From contig JAJAYH010000176.1 of assembly GCA_026786325.1 (NCBI GenBank), positions 1-28,282 on the forward strand: DNA of 28,282 bases. Reading direction: 5' to 3'. The stretch comes from Alkalinema sp. CAN_BIN05. Lineage in GTDB: Bacteria; Cyanobacteriota; Cyanobacteriia; Leptolyngbyales; Leptolyngbyaceae. The notes beneath the pieces were generated by a model that saw only the letters and a list, made by a program, of their open reading frames with translations, made no database searches and was not told where the DNA came from. Positions 8,184-16,473 of this stretch are shown here, one piece after another (position 1 is the stretch's first letter; every line of letters starts with the position of its first letter). The position numbers were made by a program, and so were the translations under genes.

Positions 8184-10226
8184 TTACGGGGATATGGACG
8201 GCACGCGATAAGTAATTGTCGTGTCAGTCGTCGTATCAATTGTTCTATCAGTCAACGGATCATCTTGTGAACAGCTCATTTCTAGATAGGGTTTGAGCGC
8301 TTCTTCAGTTTGAGTAATGCTGACCGAATTTAGAACGCGATCACGATCGAGTAACCCGAGAATTTTGTTGGGTTGGCTTGCCTCGCAGACAGGAAGATGG
8401 CGTAATCCACGGGTCGCCATGCGGGATAGGGCATCGCTGACAAATTCGTCGGGCGCGGCATACAAAACTTTTTGAGTGCAAATAGTGCCGACCGACTGTT
8501 GTGCCAAGGGTTCACGATCGTCTTGGGGATTACTTTCCCACCGTGCGATCGCCCGATTAATATCCTGAAGGGTGAGAATTCCAAAAATAATTCCAGTGTC
8601 ATTTTCATCTTCACTGACCTGATCGTCATGGCTCAGAATTATCGCACTGTGAGCTTTTAGAGACGTTAATTTTAAGCCCGCTTCCACAATAGAGGTGGCG
8701 GCAGAGAATGTAATAACTTGAGTTTGCATCAATTCGGCAACTGTCAATCGATTTAGAAATTGCTGACGAGGATCGGAGGCCGCAGGTTCGGTGCTGACTT
8801 CGGCGGTAGCGGATTCTGGGACAACTTCATTTTTGGGGCGAATGCGTTCAACAACCCAAACGCTCAAGCCAACCGCCGCCATCAATGGCAACACAATTCG
8901 ATAGTCGCGGGTGAGTTCAAACAAGAGCAAAATAGCGGTCAACGGTGCCCGAGTACTGGCCGCCAGAACCGCCGCCATACCAACCATTGCATAGGCCGGG
9001 GGCGCGGCAATGCTGCTGGCAAACATGGGTAAAAGTTGGGGGAGAAGCTCACCATAAGCTGCGCCCAATGCGGCTCCTAGAAATAATGCGGGGGCAAATA
9101 TTCCTCCAACCAATCCGCTGCCCAGACAAATTGCGGTGAGTAATAATTTGCTGACTAGAAGTGCCGCAAGTAACGGAAACGAAAACTGAACATCCCGTAA
9201 AATCGCTTCAATGGTCTCGTACCCAATTCCTAGGACTTGAGGTAATTTCAGTGCCACTAATCCGACGCACAAACCGCCTACGATCGGTTGTAGTTCACGA
9301 GGAATTCGGGTGAGAAACTGTGCCGCAGGAATTTGACCTTGGAAGGCTTTTTGAAAGCTGGTGTTGAGTTGAGTATAGAGAATCGCGACTAAGCTTGCAC
9401 AAAGACCCAAACCCAAGTATAGCGGTAACTCTAACGGACTTCGCACTTCATAAATCGGCAACTCAAATGCAGGTTTTGCACCCAAACCAATCTGGGCAAT
9501 CAGAGACGAGACGACCGCTGACAGCACCACCACACTCGCTGATGACGTAGCAAACGTCGTACCTAAAACAATTTCTAAGGCAAAAAACACGCCTGCGATC
9601 GGTGCATCAAACCCTGCCGCAATCCCCGCCGCTGCACCCGCACCGAGTAACAGCCGTTGACGGTCTTGGGAGACTCGCAGTGCCTGTCCCAGCAACAACC
9701 CCAGATTTGCCCCAATCTCCACACTCGGGCCTTCCGGTCCCAACGATGCACCAGACCCGAGAGAAATCGCTGCCGCCACCATCTTAGTTACGGGCCGCAC
9801 AACGGAAACTTCCTGAGCATTCTGCACCGCCGCCACCAACGCAGACAGCCCCGGCCCAAACTCTCGCCATCGCCACCGCATCCAGCCAATAATAACGCCG
9901 CCGAGAACAGGCATAAGCGATAGACTCCAACTTCCGCTCTTTGGAATCAATCCGACTAATGTGCCACTTAAGTCGGCAAAAAATAAATGATGTACTAAGC
10001 CGATTAAATATCGAAATGTAACCACGCCCATGCCCGTGCCTGTTCCGACAACAAACGCAAGCAGCAAGACAATAGTCTCGGGGGATGGCTGTAAATTATT
10101 TAGAACGGAAGAAAGTCGAAACGGTGAGGTTGTGGATTCAGTGGGTTGCACCGTGATGACCCGCGAGGTAGACGATCGTAAACTTATATTTCTATTGTGA
10201 GTGATGGACTGAGGGAACGCAATCAA
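8184..10226 (-). CDS. ClC family chloride channel/antiporter with C-terminal CBS pair
   Basis: GPEGP gating-Glu motif, GAAAGIAAGFDAPIAG, FALE, GGIFAPALFLG and LLFELTRDY; CBS repeats (LTVAELM..., RHLPV). The true start may be downstream of TTG 10226. Confidence 0.93.
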   Translation of the reverse strand: MIAFPQSITHNRNISLRSSTSRVITVQPTESTTSPFRLSSVLNNLQPSPETIVLLLAFVVGTGTGMGVVTFRYLIGLVHHLFFADLSGTLVGLIPKSGSWSLSLMPVLGGVIIGWMRWRWREFGPGLSALVAAVQNAQEVSVVRPVTKMVAAAISLGSGASLGPEGPSVEIGANLGLLLGQALRVSQDRQRLLLGAGAAAGIAAGFDAPIAGVFFALEIVLGTTFATSSASVVVLSAVVSSLIAQIGLGAKPAFELPIYEVRSPLELPLYLGLGLCASLVAILYTQLNTSFQKAFQGQIPAAQFLTRIPRELQPIVGGLCVGLVALKLPQVLGIGYETIEAILRDVQFSFPLLAALLVSKLLLTAICLGSGLVGGIFAPALFLGAALGAAYGELLPQLLPMFASSIAAPPAYAMVGMAAVLAASTRAPLTAILLLFELTRDYRIVLPLMAAVGLSVWVVERIRPKNEVVPESATAEVSTEPAASDPRQQFLNRLTVAELMQTQVITFSAATSIVEAGLKLTSLKAHSAIILSHDDQVSEDENDTGIIFGILTLQDINRAIARWESNPQDDREPLAQQSVGTICTQKVLYAAPDEFVSDALSRMATRGLRHLPVCEASQPNKILGLLDRDRVLNSVSITQTEEALKPYLEMSCSQDDPLTDRTIDTTTDTTITYRVPSISP

Positions 10227-10275
10227 TTGGGTCAGAATTAATTGGTCCGGATCGGATGGTAAATTTGGGAGGCAT

Positions 10276-10881
10276 TTGTTTTATGAAATGGTTCCTTTAA
10301 TGACGACTCTAGCTCAGGCGAATCGAATTGTGAGTTACTGGTTTGACCTAGGTTGGGAAGAAAATCCCAAGATACGAACAGAGTGGCTGGAGTTGGATAC
10401 TAATTTTGATGCGGCATTGCGGGAACGCTTTTTGGGACTGCATGAGAAAGCGATGGATAATTTGCTGCTGCATTGGTACGACCAGCCTAATAGCTGTCTA
10501 TCATTAATTGTGCTGTTGGACCAATTCTCGCGGTATATGTTTCGGGGGACACCTGCGGCTTACGCTAGCGATGGTATGGCATTGATGGCAGCGGACCATG
10601 CGTTGAATATGGATTGCGATCAGGATTTTGATCCGATTCCCCGACTGTTTTTTTATATGCCGTTCTATCACAGCGAAGACCCGAATAATCAGGCGATCGC
10701 TGTGGAAAAGTTTAGTCAATATGAAGGCGATCCTGCGTTGGGAATGTTTTACGTGGAAGCATTGAAGCATCAGGCGCTGATCGATCGCTTTGGTCGGTTC
10801 CCCGATCGTAATGAGATTTTGGGCCGAGTCAGTACAACAGCAGAAATTGCTTCCTTGTCGGAATCTCGATCGCACTATTAA
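10276..10881 (+). CDS. DUF924 family protein
   Basis: YWF, D..LRERF, LSLIVLLDQFSRYMFRGT, FFYMPFYHSED and H..LIDRFGRFPDRNEILGR.ST. The start may be ATG 10285 or 10297. Confidence 0.9.
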   Translation: MFYEMVPLMTTLAQANRIVSYWFDLGWEENPKIRTEWLELDTNFDAALRERFLGLHEKAMDNLLLHWYDQPNSCLSLIVLLDQFSRYMFRGTPAAYASDGMALMAADHALNMDCDQDFDPIPRLFFYMPFYHSEDPNNQAIAVEKFSQYEGDPALGMFYVEALKHQALIDRFGRFPDRNEILGRVSTTAEIASLSESRSHY

Positions 10882-11000
10882 TCTAAGGCTCACGAAGTAA
10901 GGTTTGTAGTCCCTTCGTGGGGAAAGTATTGGCTCTGGTTCTAACTCACGGAAGTTCTCATTGTGGCATTGTTAGTCAAAATTAGCACAACCCCTCAACA

Positions 11001-11049
11001 GGTAGTACTGAGCTTATACACCACCCAAAATCATTAGCGCAGTATTGCC
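11001..11049. repeat. 17-bp imperfect inverted repeat abutting the mazG-like stop codon
   Basis: GGTAGTACTGAGCTTAT versus the reverse complement of 11033-11049, GGCAATACTGCGCTAAT: 13/17 identical, with a 15-nt spacer. Confidence 0.8.
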
Positions 11050-11514
11050 CTACCGATCGTCCCCGCTACCGCCCAATACACCCCGCGTTTTTCGGCTTTG
11101 GAGTTTGCTAATGTTGGTCGATAGAATGATGGATTGATCTTTGCTAGGAATACAATGGTGCCAAATATGATTGACACTATGAGTGACGATCGATCGATCT
11201 TTGGCACTCACTTCACCATTGCGATCGCGATATAGTTTTTTGACGCATTCAGCAAGCTGGCCCAAAACTGTTGTAATGGCTTCCAGTTCGGCAATGGGTT
11301 GAATTACCGATTCCAGAGTTAATCCGGCTTCACTGCAAAGTTGAGAACAATACCAGGCGACATCTCCGGCTTCTTTAATTCTCTCGGATTCAGCCGCTGT
11401 TAAGTATTCGGCAATTTCACCCACAAGTCCGAGTGTCGGATACCAAAGATTGCGATCGCGATCGGGATACATTGCAGTGTCACGAGATTGAGTTTGGTAA
11501 TCAGTAAGATTCAT
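11050..11514 (-). CDS. MazG-like nucleoside triphosphate pyrophosphohydrolase with internally duplicated architecture
   Basis: YQ..S..TA.YP, YPTLGLVGEIAE, KEAGDVAWY, AECVKKLYRD, NISKL..R and terminal GSGDDR are hallmarks of short MazG-like NTP-PPases. Confidence 0.85.
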   Translation of the reverse strand: MNLTDYQTQSRDTAMYPDRDRNLWYPTLGLVGEIAEYLTAAESERIKEAGDVAWYCSQLCSEAGLTLESVIQPIAELEAITTVLGQLAECVKKLYRDRNGEVSAKDRSIVTHSVNHIWHHCIPSKDQSIILSTNISKLQSRKTRGVLGGSGDDR

Positions 11515-11558
11515 AAAAAGGTGAAATTGGGATTGATGGGAATGATCAGATATGCAGT

Positions 11559-12443
11559 CTACCGCACTAAACTGGCGGCGTAAGGCGTTTGATGAAGATG
11601 AGCTTTGTTGGCGGAACCAAACAATTGTAATTTGCCTGCGATCACGTCTTCCATCGCACCGATCGCACTTGATGTAATATCTAGCAAATCCTGTGGACCT
11701 TTACTACAGAGTTCATCTTTCAGCGATTCCATATAGGCTTGACGCACTTCAGTATTCACATTGAATTTGCATATTCCCAATTGAATCGATCGTTCAATCA
11801 TCCAATCCGGCAATCCTGAAGCCCCGTGCAAAACTAATGGGATATCAATCAAACTACGAATCTTAGCCAGTCGATCGAAATCCAATCTGGGCGGGCTTTT
11901 GTATTCACCATGAACATTTCCGATCGTCACGGCTAATACATCTACCTTTGTTTCTCTAACAAATTCAACCGCTTGATCTGGGTCCGTCATTTTTGCTTCT
12001 TTTTCAGCAATGGTTAAACCATCTTCAGTGCCACTAATTCGACCAATCTCGGCTTCGACGATCGCATTATGTTGATGGGAAAGTTCGGTCATTTTGCGAG
12101 TAAATGCCAAATTTTCTGCGTACTCCATGGGAGAACCATCAGCCATAATGGACTTAACTCCAGCATTTAGAACATTCTGAATATCGTCTTTTGAAGTGCT
12201 GTGGTCAAGATGAACTGAAATGGGAACAGATGCCGATCGGGCCGCTTCTAAACACATTTCCACAAGCATTGATTTTCCATACTTCAAGGCGCTGGGATGA
12301 AGCTGAAGCATCGCGGGACTATGGTTAGTCTCGGCGGCAATGATCACGGCCTTTACGCCTTCGAGATTGTATACATTGAAGGCTCCGATCGCGTAGGCAT
12401 TCCGGCGGGCAGTTTCTAAAAGTTCACGGGTGGATGCAATCAT
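11559..12443 (-). CDS. Short class II (Zn, TIM-barrel) ketose-bisphosphate aldolase, GatY/KbaY-like; not the canonical cyanobacterial FbaA
   Basis: GAFNVYNLE, VHLDH, MADGS, VEAEIG, IGNVHG, LVLHGASG and KFNVNTE; 294 aa, shorter than the roughly 360-aa Calvin-cycle FbaA. Confidence 0.9.
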   Translation of the reverse strand: MIASTRELLETARRNAYAIGAFNVYNLEGVKAVIIAAETNHSPAMLQLHPSALKYGKSMLVEMCLEAARSASVPISVHLDHSTSKDDIQNVLNAGVKSIMADGSPMEYAENLAFTRKMTELSHQHNAIVEAEIGRISGTEDGLTIAEKEAKMTDPDQAVEFVRETKVDVLAVTIGNVHGEYKSPPRLDFDRLAKIRSLIDIPLVLHGASGLPDWMIERSIQLGICKFNVNTEVRQAYMESLKDELCSKGPQDLLDITSSAIGAMEDVIAGKLQLFGSANKAHLHQTPYAASLVR

Positions 12444-12481
12444 TCGTAGACCTCAATTATTCATAAACCTAAATGGCGATT

Positions 12482-12487
12482 ATTATA
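12482..12487 (-). promoter_or_regulatory. Candidate -10 box (TATAAT) for the aldolase gene
   Basis: Plus-strand ATTATA at 12482-12487 reads TATAAT on the minus strand, about 40 nt upstream of ATG 12443; no good -35. Confidence 0.4.
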
Positions 12488-12525
12488 ATTAGCCATCTTT
12501 TACTAATTTCAGCTTCATTAACTAG

Positions 12526-12559
12526 AATGGGTTGCCCAAGTTAAAGTGAGCAACCCATT
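12526..12559 (-). terminator. Hairpin downstream of era, a candidate terminator or stability element
   Basis: Perfect 10-bp inverted repeat AATGGGTTGC (12526-12535) / GCAACCCATT (12550-12559); a second hairpin TCATATT/AATATGA lies at 12567-12584. Confidence 0.6.
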
Positions 12560-12594
12560 ATTATAGTCATATTGTGAAATATGATTACATCTCG

Positions 12595-13689
12595 CTATTC
12601 TTCAATGCGATACCCCAGTTCAGCCAGTCGAGTCCGAGACTGTCGCCATTTGGGCTGAACTTTTACAAATAATTGCAAATCAATCCGGCCATCGATTAGC
12701 TTTTGCATTTGCATTCGCGCTTCTGTTCCGATGCTCTTCAGCATTGCGCCTTTCTTACCAATTAAGATTCCCTTCTGAGAATCTCGTTCTACATTAATGG
12801 TCGCGAATACCCGTGTAATACTGGCTTCTTCGACCACGCGCTCGATGGCAATAGCGACAGAATGGGGTACTTCCTCGCGTGTCGATAGCAAAATCTGTTC
12901 ACGAATTAGTTCGCCCATAATGAAGCGTTCCGGCTGGTCGGTGACGAGATCTGGTGGATAGTAATAGGGTCCCGGTGGAAGTTTGGCAATCAGCTTTTCT
13001 TGTAGGTCTTCTAGGCCATCGCCCAACAGTGCCGAGAACTTCGCGACAGTCCAGTTTTGAGCGCGGGCGAGTTCCAGGTAAGCCCGATCGCAAATGTTGC
13101 CGTTTACGACGGGAAGGTCACTGACTTGTAGCGATGGATCTTGGCAATCAGATTTATTGATTCCGAGAATAACCGGGACATTGCAATCTCGTAATAGGTC
13201 GGCAATGAACCGATCGCCGCCCCCGAGATCCGTCGATCCATCAACCACAAACACCAACGCATCTACGGAGTAAATTGCATTCTGGGCATTTTTGACCAAC
13301 ACTTCACCCAAGCGATGGTGTGGTTTGTGAATACCAGGAGTGTCCACGAAAATAATTTGAGCTTTGTCAGTCGTGAGAATTCCCTTGAGGCGGTTGCGGG
13401 TGGTTTGAGCGGTGGGCGAGGTGATGGCGATTTTTTGACCGACGAGGGTATTCATCAGCGTTGACTTGCCGACATTAGGTCGTCCAATGATGCCAATGAA
13501 GCCGGATTTGAATCCCGGCCCCGCGATCGGCATTCCACCGACACCATAGTCAATACCCGAGTCGCCGCTGCTGCTTTGCCCGCGCAAGAACGCTTCAACT
13601 AGGTCTTCACTTGCCTCGGCTCCAGTTGTTTCTTCATTTTCCGGAGCGTTTGACAAATCTGAGTTCATGCGAGCTTCCAAAGGGATCAT
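12595..13689 (-). CDS. era: GTPase Era
   Basis: GFIGIIGRPNVGKSTL, QTTR, DTPGIH, NKSD, FSALLG and the KH domain with SQKGILIGKKGAMLK. Alternative ATG at 13668. Confidence 0.97.
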   Translation of the reverse strand: MIPLEARMNSDLSNAPENEETTGAEASEDLVEAFLRGQSSSGDSGIDYGVGGMPIAGPGFKSGFIGIIGRPNVGKSTLMNTLVGQKIAITSPTAQTTRNRLKGILTTDKAQIIFVDTPGIHKPHHRLGEVLVKNAQNAIYSVDALVFVVDGSTDLGGGDRFIADLLRDCNVPVILGINKSDCQDPSLQVSDLPVVNGNICDRAYLELARAQNWTVAKFSALLGDGLEDLQEKLIAKLPPGPYYYPPDLVTDQPERFIMGELIREQILLSTREEVPHSVAIAIERVVEEASITRVFATINVERDSQKGILIGKKGAMLKSIGTEARMQMQKLIDGRIDLQLFVKVQPKWRQSRTRLAELGYRIEE

Positions 13690-13750
13690 CTATCAGGGTA
13701 ACCCAATGAATTGTAGTAGACTTCTGGACCGTCACCGCGAGTCGTCTGCT

Positions 13751-14311
13751 TCATTTATTCTTCTCTTGATAAATGAAGTAGCTATTCAACCCTACCGCTC
13801 CAAGAAAGCTCAAGAATGCTAGCCAGTAGCCCATGCCATAGGTTGCGACGATCGGCATGTTCATGGTTGATCCGCCACTTGCTTTTTTTAGCTCACTCGC
13901 CAAGTTTGAATCAACGGTCAATTTCAGCACAACTAACATCAAGGCTCCGAGGCTGCCTAATCCTGCTTGCACAATGTATTGCTGAGGCACTGCGATGAAT
14001 CCAACGGCAATTCCGGCGCAGGCAATCCCGAAGACAATTCCAGCGATCGGGTTACTGGGGACGGATTGAGTTTTAGTGCTGGTTTTGGAACTAGGAAGTC
14101 CCATGCTGTCTGCTCTAGGCATTTTAATTTCCTTACCCATAGCAACTTCTATGCCGTTCATTTTCACCAGTTCTATATCGCCGCCGCTCATGGGATTTTG
14201 GCAAGAGATGGAGATGAAAGGCATGAAAAAGCAGAGGACAACCAATGCGAATAATGCTGGAGAAACTTTTGAAATGGGAGCTTGTGTAGCCATAGGTCTC
14301 AATAGTCTCAA
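13751..14311 (-). CDS. Hypothetical integral membrane protein, about 4 TM helices
   Basis: 186-aa ORF with four hydrophobic segments, co-oriented with its neighbours; no family recognised. Confidence 0.75.
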   Translation of the reverse strand: MRLLRPMATQAPISKVSPALFALVVLCFFMPFISISCQNPMSGGDIELVKMNGIEVAMGKEIKMPRADSMGLPSSKTSTKTQSVPSNPIAGIVFGIACAGIAVGFIAVPQQYIVQAGLGSLGALMLVVLKLTVDSNLASELKKASGGSTMNMPIVATYGMGYWLAFLSFLGAVGLNSYFIYQEKNK

Positions 14312-14426
14312 TTTGTTCAGGTTTTTCTCATAGTTCCCGGAATATATATAATTCTCGCAACATAACTGTCAAATGCAAAAAAACATAACTCTATCTCAGA
14401 AGATTAATGTTTAAGGAAAGGGCTTT

Positions 14427-15203
14427 CTAGGGAAGATCTCCAAACTGATTGCGGTAGCGATCGATTTCTGATTGGGCTTGGTTAAGTTGGTTTTCTAGTT
14501 CTTGCGATCGGTCTTCTAGTTCTTGCGATCGGGTTTGCTCTAGTAATAATCTCGCTTGCTCTAATGTGAGTTCATCCTGAAGGTGTTGGGCTTTATTTCG
14601 GAGTTCTAAGGGAATCAGCAACTTTTCACCGTTGTCTAATCGATAAAACGAAATCAAGGCTCCTGAAACTTCTAATCGCAGACCGAGGGCTTGGCTTTCA
14701 GACCCTGCAATCGGCACATAGGTTTCGTCCACTAACCGATAGCCCCGAAGTTTTTCCTCAATCCATTGCCCCTTTGGATCAAATTGCCAATATTCTTCAA
14801 TTCCGATCTGTGCATAAAGGTCTTTCTTAAAGCCTTCATCTTTGTCACGAGTTCCGGGAGATGTCACTTCAAACACGACCCTCGGAATTTCTCCCTCGTC
14901 CCAAATCTTGTAACTATCCCGACTTCCTGGCTCCACGCCAAAAATCACCATGACATCCGGTGCGCATTTGAGTCGTGGGAATCCTTGCGAGTAGTAGAGA
15001 AATTGATTGCCTAAAACACAGGCTTGAATGTCTTCAAGATATTGTCGCAAAACTTCAATAGTGATCAAAATAACGTAGAGATGGTCAAAGGTTTCGGCCA
15101 CGGGTGTTCCATCCCCAGAAGGATAATTAATGGATTGGGGTGTGATGGTGGGTGGGGTGACGATCGTGGCCATAAATCCCTCGGTTGCGGTTCTTGGGTT
15201 CAT
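14427..15203 (-). CDS. Uma2 (DUF820) family PD-(D/E)xK endonuclease-like protein
   Basis: YPSGDG.PVAET, APDVMVIFGV, VFEVTSPGT and KK.LYAQIGIEEYWQFDP; coiled C-terminal tail with a 21-bp repeat (14493-14532). Likely start ATG 15173. Confidence 0.93.
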   Translation of the reverse strand: MNPRTATEGFMATIVTPPTITPQSINYPSGDGTPVAETFDHLYVILITIEVLRQYLEDIQACVLGNQFLYYSQGFPRLKCAPDVMVIFGVEPGSRDSYKIWDEGEIPRVVFEVTSPGTRDKDEGFKKDLYAQIGIEEYWQFDPKGQWIEEKLRGYRLVDETYVPIAGSESQALGLRLEVSGALISFYRLDNGEKLLIPLELRNKAQHLQDELTLEQARLLLEQTRSQELEDRSQELENQLNQAQSEIDRYRNQFGDLP

Positions 15204-15304
15204 TGTACAAAATCTTGACTTAATCCGATCGGCCCACCATCGTAAAACCAGCCCAATCTTGAGGGTTTGGATATTCTTTCATTGTTATTTACTTAACTAG
15301 ACGT

Positions 15305-16081
15305 TCACCGACTCACAATGCCTGACCATTGTGCTTTTTTGCGGGTTTGACGGCGATAGGAAAAGAAATTCACGGGATCAGCATAAGTGCAATGGGGCGC
15401 GATCGCAATCTGCTCATCTGCTAGTCCCAATTGCTCTAATTGCAACGCATTTACCCGTCTTACATCCAATCGCACTTTTCCCGGTTCAGCATCATGCAAA
15501 ATCGGTGAATTATGAATGTCTTTCAACTGTTCAATCGCACTCTCCAACGACTCCTGTGCCAAACGAGGCGCGATCGTCACTGCCGTTTCAAAGCCCACTG
15601 CATCATTCACCTGATACACCTCACCCCGAATTGCTGGCCCCATGGCAACGCGTAAATCTTCGAGTTTTGAACCTTGAGCTAACAATCGATCGATCGCCGT
15701 GGGGACAATTTTTTGCGCTGTTCCCCGCCAACCTGCATGAACCGCTGCGACTTTCCCCGATCGCCGATCGCCAATCAACACAGGAGTACAGTCCGCCGTA
15801 CAGACCCATACGGCTTGGTTTGAGGCTTCAGAAATCACACCATCGCCATCATTGAGGTTGTCATCGTGGTGCGGCTGGTTCAGTTCTGATGGTGCTAAGA
15901 CAATGTTCCCGTGAACTTGCTTGACGCGATAAGCTGAGGCTTCTGGATATAATTGCGCAGTTAATTTCAAGGGTGTCGTAGGTGAAAATTGTTGGGTAAA
16001 CCAACCATGTTGCCACTTATCTAAAAGACTACAAGTTAGATAAGGCAAGTTGTTCCAGGTTTGCCATTGCCAGGTTTCCAT
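15305..16081 (-). CDS. pgeF: PgeF/YfiH family (peptidoglycan editing factor; purine nucleoside phosphorylase-like, DUF152)
   Basis: KQVHG, DG, TADCTPVL, AVHAGWRG, MGPAI, YQV, CT and FFSYRR; the His-Cys-His residues are present. Confidence 0.93.
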   Translation of the reverse strand: METWQWQTWNNLPYLTCSLLDKWQHGWFTQQFSPTTPLKLTAQLYPEASAYRVKQVHGNIVLAPSELNQPHHDDNLNDGDGVISEASNQAVWVCTADCTPVLIGDRRSGKVAAVHAGWRGTAQKIVPTAIDRLLAQGSKLEDLRVAMGPAIRGEVYQVNDAVGFETAVTIAPRLAQESLESAIEQLKDIHNSPILHDAEPGKVRLDVRRVNALQLEQLGLADEQIAIAPHCTYADPVNFFSYRRQTRKKAQWSGIVSR

Positions 16082-16473
16082 CGATATTGCCTTGATTAAA
16101 TTAAAGAAATCACTCTCAGTATTATGCAGAACCGATCGCCGATTTGCCCTTTTTCATGAAGCTCATGGCCGAATTCAACTGCAAAATGACCAAAGCCTTC
16201 ATCAGATTTTCTTACCGATCATCCGGTTCTGTCCGTACAGTGGGGAATGAAGAGAAAGAACTGCTATGTTTTTGGTCTAGTTTTAGACTCCATGATATTC
16301 TCTAGTTGATTCCTAGTCAATAACCTACTACGTATAATCCCGATCGTTAATGATACGTTTGCCACAGGATAATCCAATTGTGCGATCGTGGTGTTTTCAT
16401 AATTTCATCACTTACCCTGTGATTCTCGCATCTTATTTAATTCAACTAGTCGATCCCCTACCCTAAAATTTTC

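Noticed and set aside
14427-15203. Uma2 nuclease-like gene as part of a defence or restriction system
   Set aside because: Uma2/DUF820 paralogues are very numerous solitary genes in cyanobacteria, and no methyltransferase or other defence gene is adjacent.
6213-16081. A non-orthologous DHAP-shunt methylthioadenosine pathway formed by PgeF (MTA phosphorylase activity), MtnA and the class II aldolase
   Set aside because: The genes are not contiguous. The known shunt aldolase is of the fuculose-aldolase fold acting on 3R substrates, whereas TIM-barrel class II FBP/TBP aldolases act on 3S substrates, so methylthioribulose-1-phosphate is an unlikely substrate.
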